Part shown: positions 38,621 through 51,200 of the stretch, piece by piece
Numbering within the stretch: position 1 is the first letter of the stretch
Layout: the number at the start of each line of letters is the position of its first letter
Origin: Balanoglossus misakiensis
Taxonomy: Eukaryota > Animalia > Hemichordata
NCBI GenBank assembly: GCA_040954595.2
Contig: CM082579.2
Span: 10,219,625 to 10,283,624 of the forward strand
Length of the DNA: 64,000 nt
Direction of reading: 5' to 3'
Notes under the pieces: model-generated
What the model was told of the DNA's origin: nothing
The model's database searches: none
What the model saw: the letters and a program-made list of their open reading frames with translations, nothing else
Made by a program: the position numbers and the translations under genes

Positions 38621-39204
38621 GAAGGACGGTTTAATTTTTACTGCTGTAAACCCAAATCGTACACCATAGAAAACAGAGCCCGACCTGGCCAATAAACGAT
38701 GCGTTACGTTTGATATCAACATACTATCGGTCATCAGTTTGTAAAATTAACTTCAAGTTGGCCTGCGGCCTCGTGCAATAACCTATACATACTTCTTCAT
38801 CCGGGCATTTGTTAAGTGGTCAATGACATCAAGCACAGCAATCGATGAGATCATTCGAAATTAAAATCGGCGCGTCTCCGCAGTTTTTGCTTGTAGTTTA
38901 GGAGTTGTTTTTTCGAACTTTGTTCTCGTTAGAATACCAGACAATATATGTTGTCTGCTGATCAGTCTTGGAGACGCCATTTGTAATCCTGGCTCACAAG
39001 GTTCATAAACATGCAAGGCCAATTCATGAAGGACTTGCTAAAAATTACTCACGGAAAATATTGTCAAAGTCTGGCAGAATGGAATATTTCATTTGCTTTG
39101 TGTGTGCCACAGAGAATGTAACGCAAATAATTCTCACGTAAGAAGTTCGAGTAAATGTTAGTACTTAGCGATTACCAGCTGCATTACTAATCAAACACTG
39201 ACGG

Positions 39205-42200
39205 GGAACATAAAATCCCAAAATATGTTGACCAAGCTGGTCGAGAGATGTCATGGGAATTTCCCGTGTTTACCCTTGGCACACATCCAGCCGTTTTCTC
39301 GGTAAGCCCACGACAGTAAGAACAGAAAGGCATTTATTCAGGTATGATTATTTACTTTCAAGAATACTTGGCTCAGTGTGTTCAGGTGAAAGTTTTTAAT
39401 CAAGAACCAGCGTCAGGTTTTACTGTACAATAAAGGAGAGTAGTTCATTTTAAAACTTAAGTTTTATCTCTGACTTAATGCTTAAGGATGACGCTTGAGA
39501 CAAGATATGCCGTTGAAAGTAATGGGGGGTGTAGGTATGACAAGCCCCTCCTACCTCATGATTAAACTCTCCGACTTAGAGAACCATCATGAGGTAGGGG
39601 CGTGGCACCCAAGTATACCCGCCGAGCGCAGATGCCCCACAAGCGGCGTCATGGCAACCAAGACTTCAATGGAGGGAGACATTGTCGATATGACTCGCTT
39701 CATGTTGTAGGTCGCTGCTATTCGAGTGGGACATCGTTGTTATCTAAGTTGAGTGATCCCTCCACGATGCATAATAAGCTAGCACTCATATGAATTAATG
39801 AGTAACCTCCCGCTAATAATCCGTTATACATTTTCATCATCAACCATCACTTGTTTATGTTGTTCCGAGCGGTTAGTGCGTCAACATATGACCTCATCAC
39901 CTAAGACACGCGTGTTACGTGCTTATCCGGATGTACCCATATGTGCATAATTGTTAACTTTAAAAAATAATAATGGGCTCTCATAGATTGGCGGGATAAG
40001 TGGTAGCTGATGCTATCCGACAGGTTTTAACAGATTACGCATTCACGGGTTAATTATAAAAACATGATCGTTACAAATAATATGGTACCGTGGCGCAAGT
40101 ATCAATGATTCTAAAAATGTGTGGACGTCTGATGAGTCCAATGACATGAAGTAATCACATGTACACTACTAAAATTGTCTATAGAACAGAAACTTCTATA
40201 TGAAAACGAGAATGATTGTTTTGTGTACCGGATTTTAATTCAATAATACCTTTGTAGTCGTTCTTGTTCTAAATCCTGACGCCAAACGTTTGAACACTTC
40301 GACGCTAACTTGAGGTCCTCGACCTTATTAGACTTGCCTCTAGTTACTGAGGTGTGCCGCAAGGCTCATAAGGCTCACCATTTTTCAGTAGAGTCGTCAC
40401 GGTAACGTCTTTTAAAACTGATTTCGACCACAAAATCTCGTAAATTGTGTCACAAATTGCATCACCTTTGCCCACTTCAAACGTCACTTAATACCGAATG
40501 ATAACAGACTTCAGAGGTGACGTCATCGAACCCAGTCTTCTCATTTGAATTTTGTGTTCTTGCTCTTATTTTGTTGTGATAATTGGATATGAAAATTTCG
40601 CCATGTACTGATGTGAGAATACAAAAGTATGATAACTGTATTATTTTTTTAGTCTTTGGCCATAAAAAAGCAACAGGTATTCGTAACTGCACCTGTTCTG
40701 TAGCATCTGGCTAGCTTTTCATTCTTTTTTGTTTGGTTTTGTGTATCAACTACAGTTTCTTGTTCTTATCGGAACAGTGTCCGAAAATGCATGAACAATA
40801 TTGCTTATGGTGTTATTGACAAACATCGACCAAAGACAAAAAACTTCATATATGGAAGATAAAAATATATGCGCACTTATTCCTGAAAACAAAACACCAC
40901 GGAGGAAGTAAATGCTCGAAAAAGTCAAAAGTACGGTAAAGAAAGTGGGTTTTAAGTATTACCATGAACTCTAGGGTCAACTAGACAATATGCAAACATA
41001 TACACATGATTGAAATGTTCGTGCGTATTGTGGAAACAATTCATTCCTTTAGAGTCAAGATCTTGTTGGTTACTGTCAGAAATGTGCTGTCACAATACAT
41101 GGTAACCTGGCTCAATTCCAAAATAAGACAGCGACACTTTTACCCAAAAACGCCACTGCAGAGTAGACCTGTAATCAACTTTACTTTAAAGGCCGACGAT
41201 CGTCATATGCACATATGCACCAGAGACTCTGGTTACGAAAATTGTATACAGTCAATGCCATAAGGCAGTTTGCTGTCCTAACCTCAGACAAGATGGCGCT
41301 GACCATGAGATCGGGAAAGTCTACTTATACGGTGTGCATGAAATATGGAAAGAAGCAAAGGCAGTCCAGTGTTTGAATGCATCAAGCGCAAAATTTGCAG
41401 AACATTTGGATTGGACGTAATGGTTGTACACACAAAATTACGCACATGCGCATAAGACGTCAACCTTTAATGCCGTGTTTGTAACAGTGCACGTCAGTCT
41501 TTGCTTATATATTTTCATATTAAAGGTATACGGTCACCTAAGCAAATTTAACTACAGTTACCATGGCAAATTGAGATCTAAGCCAATCACAGATTTTCAG
41601 TGGGTGGCACACGCGAAAAAAAGAGCGCCACCATATGTTCTTTAGAACACTCAAATACACCATTTCAGCCGTATATGGGCGTACTCAAATTGGAGGGGAC
41701 TGTATACCTTTAATGTAAAGTCTGCATTCACAATGCAATGGCGAGCTATTAAATGGCTCTCGCACAATTGACATTGTTGTTTTGGAGAACAAATCCCCAT
41801 ATATGTTGATCAAGTTGGTCACATGATGTCATGGGATTTTCCCTTGTTCACCCTTGGCACACATCCAGTCGTTTTCTCGGTAAGCCTCCTCTATAACCCA
41901 CGACAATAGGAATACAAACAAAGGCATTATCGATTTTTGTATTATTATTAACTTTCAAGAATACTTGGCTGAATGCCTTCACCCGAATAACAGGTGAAAG
42001 TTTTAAATCAAGAAACCAGCGTCACTAGATTTTACTGCTGGGTGTCGCGTAGTAGTGCGCTCGTAAAGTTCGACAATTAAATGAGGAAGAACACCTAAAA
42101 ACTCAAGTCTTTATCTCTGACAACCCTGCAATGTTTTATCGTTGCTATGCCAACCCAACGTACTCTACAATGCCAGAAGCATCGAATCACAGTGGAATGC

Positions 42201-43203
42201 GTTATGCCAGTACAAAACAGGGAACACTAGTATTTTCTTTTTGTCTCAAAAGTTATGACATTTGCCGATCAAAGAAGCTTACACACATCAAAATTCCGCT
42301 GCAGGCCTAGGGTGGATACACATTTTTATCATCAACCATCTCTTGTTTTTGTTGTTTTGAGTGGTTAGTGCGTCAACATAAGACCTCATCACCTTTGACA
42401 CGCGCGTTACGTGCCCATCTGTATAGTTATGTACATAATGGCAAACTTGTCAAATTACTGTGTTCTCATTGATCAGCGAGATATGTTGTTGATGTTGTTT
42501 AACAGGTTTAACAGCTTACGCATTCTCGGCTCAATTACCTTATAAACACCCGTTCGCGACAAATAATCAGCTACCATGGCGAGTATCGTTAATACGCAAA
42601 ATGCGTTCACTTTGGATTGGACGACTCCAATGACTTTGAATAATTATTTGTAAGCTGAAGTTTTCTAAAGAACAGAAACTTCTAATGTAAACGAGAACGA
42701 TTTTTCTCTAAAATTAAGTTACGGCCTGTCCATTTTATTGCTTGTTTTTCTTAATGCTGACGCCAGAACTCTGAACATTTCGACGCTAACTCGTAGTCCT
42801 TGAGCTTATTGGACTTGCCTCTAGTTACTGAGATATGTCTCAAGGCTGACAAGTCTCAATGTTTTTCAGTAGCCGTAACGATTTTATATTAAGTTTTACC
42901 ACATAATCTTGTAGATAGCGTCACAAATTGCATCGCATTTGCCCACGTCATTCAACACCGAATGAAAACAGACTGTTCAGGCAATGGTGTAATGTCCGCA
43001 CGTTCAGCTCCGTTTTTAGAGATGACGTCATCGAAACCCTTCTGGTTATTTGAATTTTGTTTTCTCTCTATACACCGCTGAATTTGTTGTGATACTTGGA
43101 TATGAACATTTCGTCACGTGTCGGTGTCAGAATACAGAAAAAAAACAATACCGTTAATCATGTTTGATTTAGTGTTTTGTCATAAAAAGCAACAGGTATA
43201 CGT
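39205..43203 (+). repeat. Diverged direct duplication of about 1.4 kb (39205-40684 and 41790-43203)
   Basis: Collinear shared blocks: ACCCTTGGCACACATCCAG, ACTTTCAAGAATACTTGGCT, GGTTAGTGCGTCAACATA, GACTTGCCTCTAGTTACTGAG, CATAAAAA(A)GCAACAGGTAT. Confidence 0.9.
41524..41709. mobile_element. Kolobok-like MITE family 2, independent copy in opposite orientation
   Basis: TTAA|AGGTATACGGTC...GACTGTATACCT|TTAA; the interior is the reverse complement of 11506-11679. Confidence 0.85.
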
Positions 43204-43249
43204 GCGGAAATACAAATTCGGTATAGGTAGAGTACTTCCCCTTTTGGTC

Positions 43250-43317
43250 ATTGGTCAAAGTAATGTGAAGCGCATCCGCGTATATAAATTACTCAACTCA
43301 CTTTCACGACTTCAGTT
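43250..43317 (+). promoter_or_regulatory. Core promoter of the HYR/Sushi gene
   Basis: Reverse CCAAT (ATTGG, about 43250), TATATAAA at 43281-43288 and an Inr-like TCAGTT at 43312-43317 at the expected ~30-bp spacing. CAACATG start follows at 43407. Confidence 0.65.
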
Positions 43318-43406
43318 CCTGCAAGCGACGGCACCTGCGAGGAGCACCTGTACACAGCTCCTGCTCACGGTTTCATCTAAATTTCTACAGCCACTTTCAT
43401 TTCAAC

Positions 43407-46400
43407 ATGAACACTAAATTGCTGGTGGCCCTGTTTTTGCTGTGTCTCATCGTCGGTACGCTGGCTTGCCGTGAGTTAACATTTTAATTTTTATCATCTT
43501 TTCCATAAATTAATTGATACAATGCAATGATCATTTAGTAATAGATGTATGTTATAATTTAATTGTTGCGTTGACAACATATAATCAAAAGTACAAGGAC
43601 AAGCTTGTTGTGTTAAAAACGAAGGTAGGTGACCTATGATAAGCTGATAAGCTCTACGGGGTCCACGGGTTAATTTTGTGTTTTAAAAACGACCAATTTC
43701 GCTAAGAAAATTTTATTCCAACGCGCCTGATGCTATTTGTGAAGGGATGGCGCAGACAGACGTTCCGCTCACTTAAAGATTTATCAGTATTGACTTTAGC
43801 CTGTTTTTTTCTGCCTATGTTTTCGTTCTGTGTATCTACTAGTTTCATGTTGATTTATGATAAAATAATCGGCAGTAAGCCTATCATCACATCCCAGGTG
43901 TGTGCAATCGGTATGGCTATTCACGAAAAATCAAATTTAAGTCCTAATTTTAGTCCACATCTAAACAATAGCATTGTTAAATGCATATGGGCTTACGGGG
44001 GTTTGATGATGTTGCAAAAGTGAATTTTGATTTTATGCCTCTGTTGATACTTTTTTCACTATTTTGAATGATGAAACTTCAAAAGTTGCACTCCAGTCGT
44101 GTTAGTTCGTATGATCGGCATTGCTTAAACAATGTGTTCGTGGACTGCATGCGCAACAAACACCCATGAAATATCGGGACAAGTGTGAATTTACCCAATT
44201 TCGTTTCTAAAGATTCAGCGGTCGCCCCTGACAACTGTTGTTGTCAGTTGCGCAATGCCGAACACAACAAGGCCAGCGGCACACGTTAGAGTAAACACCC
44301 GTAACGGGGGTTAATAGGAATGCCATTTTTCATCGTTAACAAATAGAATACTTTGACACGCGCGTGGCATGTACGGCAGAAGACATATTTCATTTCTGGT
44401 GAACTGCGCAGTCAACAATATAACACCAAAACACAATACACAAATCTCCAACAGTAAGGTTATAACGATTTGCGTAAGCGATGTTAATCACGTTTCAACT
44501 GTCAACGGCAAAATAGTTGAAATATTAGATTGAAGGTAGGTCGAAGGATATGAAAATATTATTGCATATGTTCCACAGTTTAGCGAAATTCTCGGCCTGG
44601 TTAATAGCAGCGGATTAATACTATAGGCAAAACACTTGTGATCCGCCCCAAGTTACTTGGTCACGTTTCATTGGTTAAAATCCATCAGCGCTATTGATAT
44701 GCAAATTTATAACAGGGTCACACACTTTCATTCATCGTCGAGTCAAACACAACACGAATACATGTAAATAAAGTTCGATAAACAATTTAATGCGAAGCTA
44801 AACTGAACAATAAATAACAACAAGTAATAAACGAACATTCCAAACTTATCAAATGGGCATTACATTTCGCCGAAATGAGCGAAACTACAGCTGAGTCATC
44901 GGAGTCAGGGAAAATAATACGTCGACGTTTAGGGATGGGTGACTTGTTGACATTAAAGCTAAAATTGAAAGTTCCGCCAAAAATCTGAGCATTGGCAAAC
45001 ATACCGTGCACTTGAGGGGTGTTATTTAAAGCACTCATGTTGTTTGTAAGGACTGAAACATTAGATTGACTCGATACAATATTATTGGTATCGGTTGACG
45101 TCTTGTCGGCGGTGGTTTTGTCAACATCGGTGGCACTTGAAGACGGTCGCGGATCGAAACTTTTCTTTGCGAAGCTCAGGATCTCGCTCATCTGTCGCTG
45201 TTGGAATTGATTGGCCACTGCGTATCTATTTAGGCTTGATACATTCTTATGACCACTCAGTTGTGCTGTTGTATTTGGTGGGACTCCAGCGTCGAGGAGG
45301 CGTTGAACACAGGCCTTTCTAGCGCTGTGGTTACTTAACTTTCCGGTCAGTCCCGCTGCTTTCGACATCGTTTTCATCAGGGATCGGAGTTTATTTATGC
45401 CCATTAGTTGATTGTGTCACAGGAAGCTGTGATATTTCTATGTCGGAGAATTATAGTGAGGTCATTGGTTATCCCGCAGAACGAGCACGAAGTGCGAGAA
45501 GGTTTGACATGACTTTCGGACAGAGTTCAATAAAACGTAACGAAATCAAAAAATCAAACTTGAGCGACCAAATACATACCCAGAACGATAAAATATTCTA
45601 CTGTGCATTTAATCGCCACCTTCATTAGGTTCCTTATCAGCACTAGCGTGAGTATTTCCCCAAAACTAACAACTGGGACAAAATGTACAAATGCTACACA
45701 GATCGCCGCCATTAACGTGAATGCGTAAACGCTTACGCATGCGCAGTATGATGACATGGTAGTTCAAGATGGAGGCGATCTGTGTAGCATTTGTACATTT
45801 TTGTCCCAGTTGTTAGTTTTGGGGAAATATTCACGCTAGTGCTGATAAGGAACCTAATGAAGGTGGCGATTAAATGCACAGTAGAATATTTTATCTTTCT
45901 GGGTATGTATTAGGTCGCTCAAGTTTGATTTTTTTGATTTCGTTACGTTTTATTGAACTCTGTCCGAAAGTCATGTCAAACCTTCTCGCACTTCGTGCTC
46001 GTTCTGCGGGATAACCAATGACCTCACTATAATTCTCCGACATATAAATATCACAGCTACCTGTGGATTGTGTAGGAAATTGGGGATCTTATTTTATGTT
46101 AGTTGCTCATTCGCATATGAGCTTGCAAAAATACCAGAATTATTATTGCACGGGCCGCTTGGAATACTGTAGTACATATGCAAATGTCAATAATCTATAT
46201 TATTATACACCTACTGCTGTAACCTATTGAGTTCCGTAATACATGTACAATAATTCGCGGTACAATGAGTTTGCGGAGTCTAATAACACCAGGGTTATTG
46301 GACGCATTGTGACTTTGACCTCACAGGACTGGTGTTCAATGTGAACAATGATGATATTAACCCTACTCTGACAAAAATGTATCTAAAAAGTACACAGCCG

Positions 46401-48190
46401 TTATTAAACAAAATTATTGGTGATCCAAGATGCGAAATAAGTCAAAATCCACGCTGAAATTTCAGTCGAAGGAATCTGTGAACGAACAGGCGAGCGCGTT
46501 CATTTCAAGTTCCAGAACGAGCTCAGCGCAAGCAGCTAGAACGTCGCGCGCGAGACAGGCAGTTCGACACTAGTATTCTTTGATATCAAATGACGTCAGA
46601 CGCGCTCAGGCGGCAGTTACGTTCGAATTAAAATTTCCAGATGACGGGCAACTTCAGCAACGTGGACTTACATGGTGCAGAGAAAACTGTGCAAACGAAA
46701 TGCAATGAGGCTGATGAGGCACCATACCCGATACATGTTATGTGTTTGGCGGTTCTAAAGTAAAAACATACTCGGAAAAAAACTTTTACTAGATGCCGAA
46801 ATATTGCTTGCCCGTCATCTGGAAATGCCAGCGACATGGAACACATGGCCAGATCACGTGATTGATAGTAAAGAATACACATGATGACTGACAATGAGGG
46901 CAACAGTGTATTTTGATGACCGAGGGTGCTGCTAGTCACAACTAAAACAGTCTTGTTTTCCCGAGGGCATAGCCCGAGGGGAAACAGACTGTTTTGGTGT
47001 GACTGGCAGTCCCGAGGTCATTAAAAATACACTGTTGCCCGAATATGTCAGCCATCATGTGTTTTATAACACACCAAACCGATCGAACTGATGCCCTAGG
47101 CAACAGTTCGAAATGACTAAGGTCACGTGACGTCGTATTGACGAATCACGATCGAGGGTTCGCTGCATGGTGTGTTATAACATCACCTGATGCATGTGAT
47201 GCGCGAGGTGAAGGCGCGTTCGATATGCAAATTACATCATGGCGGTGTCTGAAAACTAGAAAGTCCGATAGCGACCAATTTATTCTCTATCGTTCATGAA
47301 GAACGTTCAGAAAAGGTGTATAATAATAAGATTATTCACATAATACCGGGATTTATGTCCTCGTACATCGTACGCTTCGGTATTGTCCTCGACGCTGCGA
47401 GTCTCGGACAATACCTGCGCTGTACGATGTACTTGGACATAAATCCCGGTATTTTGTGAATAACCTTATATCCTATTACTATTGTCGCCTATATAAATAT
47501 TACGACGATAGATAAAACTAAGCAAAGTTAAAAAACGGAGGCTAATACTACAACCAATTTAAAACACATTGCTAACTCTAGACCTTGTGAAATTTTTTGC
47601 TAAGTTTTATCTACATCCGAGCCGTTGCTTCCGAAAGTTTCGCCTTTTTACATCTGCATTTTAATGTACCTTGGTCGGATGGAAAAGAAGTTGGCTATTT
47701 CACATATGATTCTCAAGCGAACTTCACAAATAAACTGAATTTGACCCCACCGCATGTTACGTCGGCCACTATGAGCTATCTACATGTTTGCTTGAAGCTC
47801 TTAAGAACAATTTTTTTATAAGAAATTATGGTTCCATGATAAGATGTACATCTTATGTAGTCGGAATCATATCCGTACGAAACCTTGTATTCTGCGAATT
47901 TGACCATCAAGAGTCATTCTAACTCGGTATAATGAACGTATTTACGTGTAACTAAACCTCTCTATGGATACGCCTTGCAGCTATATTTAACTATTGGCGT
48001 AGAAGGAATAATAGGTCTTTGTAGACACTCGATAGAAACCCTTTGTAATGATTTCAAATGAGCCCCACGCAGTGTACACTATCAACATACCTTCCACTGA
48101 AACACGTCAAAGGTCATAATTTATGTTCCTTGTCACGAAACCATGCTTAGGATGTTTAGTTCACGTGATCTACCGTCATACCGATCTCCA

Positions 48191-48250
<60 letters not shown>

Positions 48251-51200
48251 ATCTCTCTCCCTTCTCTCCCTCCCTCTCCCCCCTCTCTCTCATATGATGC
48301 GAACCGCCAAATTCCTGTCGTCATAACCAATGGGGCGATATTTCTAAGCTGTCTGACGTTGCATTTTTGTTTCTATTCCGTGTTTACTATTCCGTGTCTC
48401 ATGTCATGCTTTGGAAAGTTTTCATTTTTCCACGTCAAAAGCTCACCTAGGGTACCTGTCTATGCATTGCCTATTGTGTCGGTTCCGAAAAATGTGCGCG
48501 AATGCCGGAATTTGCCCCCTTTTTTCATGCCTGTGATCAGGGAGCCACTTCGCACTCGAGCCAGGCGAAGGTATTTGCATGTCGACAAACAAGTACACTA
48601 CCTCGTAGTGTACCATTCTGTTTACAGTAAGGTGTAATTAGCGGTCCATGAGTAATTAAGTCCACAGACAAAGACAAGCTATATAAACAGTGTTCAAAGC
48701 AAAGGAAGCCCTTGCCTCACATTGCAGGCAAAGGATTTGCGAAGGTGTGAAAGACTATTTGTCCACATCAAGATAAGTCTTCGGCTTAACTTCGAAAAGC
48801 CGAAAAAAATCGACTGAGTTGGGTTAGGGGTACACGCCCACCCGCCACTTTTACTTGCTTGTTATCTAAGCACAAGGGGCAAAACGCATTGCAAGATAGT
48901 AACATACGTTAACTTCAAGACCCAAATAGTGATTTTGTCATTGTGATCTACAAATGGTTTCTCACACCGAATTTTGCACCGTCTCTTCTGAAGTTGTCGG
49001 ATAAAAAAACAACAACAAGAATATCATTGGCGACTATTTAGATATAATTAGGCCTGTACGGTTCAAAAGGCCACGGGGAAAATTATAAACTGTATTATTT
49101 TTAGAAAGTGAAGATTGCTGAATTGAATTATACGACGTTCAAAGTCCATGATTAGCTGCAATAACTCATTATTGAAGTGGATATTGTGATGATGACTCTA
49201 GCCATTATTAATTAAAATGTTGTGGTTATTGGTCAGTGACTTACATCAGTATAACTGCGATTATCTTCGGGTTTTCTTTTAGAGCGCCAGGATCCCCCAC
49301 CAACAACACCACCACCAAAAGGTAAGTCAAAAATTGACAGTCCGTCATATGGCAGTATTTGACTGTGTCAACAAATATCAAGCTTATTTATCCTAAAGTG
49401 CTTAATTTTTAAATGTACAATTGAATTGTTTGTTTCCAATGTGGAGAATTTACAACAGGAATAAGAGAATTGAAGAATTTTAGTTGTAATACTACATGTA
49501 TTTTTAAATTGTTCGCATTTCTCTAATATGAAACTAATAGATGATAAAATTTTAACATGTCAAGTTGATTCTCAAAGTTATGTCCGTATCACATTGCAGA
49601 GCCGAGGGCAGTATTTTCAAAATGTCCAGGTAATCTTCCAATCCAGTATATTGAACGTAAACTGACAACCAGAAGAACAGTGACTTGGACTCAACCGACG
49701 GCGACACCATCATACGCAACGTATGTATGATCATTCCACAAAAAGCCGTGGTAAACAGTATATATCTACATTTTAGCGATCTTGCGTTAGTTTTTCAAAT
49801 CCAGTGACACAAATCAATATTTACATAATCGGAATGGGATTTGTGTGTGAAAAAACACCTTAATGCATGAGGATCTTAAGTGATCTTAAGTGATAAAAGC
49901 ACAAATTGGCTTTTTTCATTTCCATTATTGAAATATTAAGGAAGTACGTTCAGTAAAATTGAAAGTATAGTCATTTCTTTTAATTGTTGATTTTTGAATT
50001 ATCCTGTGTATGCACAATGAAAATCAGTGATAATATATAGAAGTCACAGCGCTTATTTTTGAAATATTAATACAGAACCATGAATTTAGTCGATAACAGA
50101 AGAAAACTGCTGACTCAGCAATTTCACCAATCGTTTGTCTATGGGCGAAAATTCTAACGAAATTTATCTCAAAATAGAGCGCGGTGATTTTATTTCACCA
50201 ATCAATTAATTTTTACTTGACTGAGCTGTGTGCAAAATTTCCTAATAAATGACAATAGTAGAAGTTTGTTTTCTGGCAATTATTAATACAAGCCTATGGG
50301 AAAAAGACACTCATGCATTGTTTATCAGTTTATGTTCTGCGCGTACATCCTTAAAACTGCAATTTATTGCTTTTGGCATCACATCCCCTACCTCCACCAA
50401 TCTTAGGTTAGAAAGAGCGAAATGTCACAAAGAATGCTCTGAACTTCCTCACACTAACAGCCCACAATCCGCACAAAGACAATACTTATTTTCAGTAACC
50501 CGAAAACATCAACAAAACAACACAAAGCAATGAAATGAAATAAAATAAAATTGTGTATCCATCAAAGTTCCTCTACTTACTGATAATAATAATAAAAATC
50601 ATAATAATAATATTAATAATGATAATTGTAGAGATTAATTTCCCCTTCCGGACTAACCATACTCTTGCTCGCAATTCGCAAAAACGTTGGAATGTTATTC
50701 GAAAGTACAGATTAATCCCCAAGAAGGCTTTGCATAACACAACTTGACAAGATACGCGTTGTTTTCATTATTCGCGGCCTCCAATGTGTTAAATATCCCT
50801 ATCGCAATGAACCGCGACATGACCCTGTAACTATATTTTGTTCGTTCGTTTGTTTGTTTCTTTGTCTTTGCACAAACTCAGGGTGAAACAGTTGCTGCCA
50901 GATACTAACTCAGGTCCAGGAACTTATTTCTCAATTGGACGGCACACAATCCAGTATGAAGCCAAAACCACCAGTGGGATAGATCTATGTACATTCAGTT
51001 TTACTGTAGCGAGTAAGTATTATGCACTGGAAAATATTCATTCCACTTGCACATCGTATTCTCACAAAGCATACTTTTGAATCTTTCAAAACAGCTTCAA
51101 ATGACAAACGATGACATTTCAAATAATAATTCCACAAGATATGTCCAATTAAATATAGATATATTTATTGATTCCTTTTGTTATTTTCCACCAGCGAGGA

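Noticed and set aside
45418-46065. ProtoRAG/Transib element because the ends begin with CAC
   Set aside because: The TSD is 8 bp rather than 5 bp, and no heptamer/nonamer arrangement is present.
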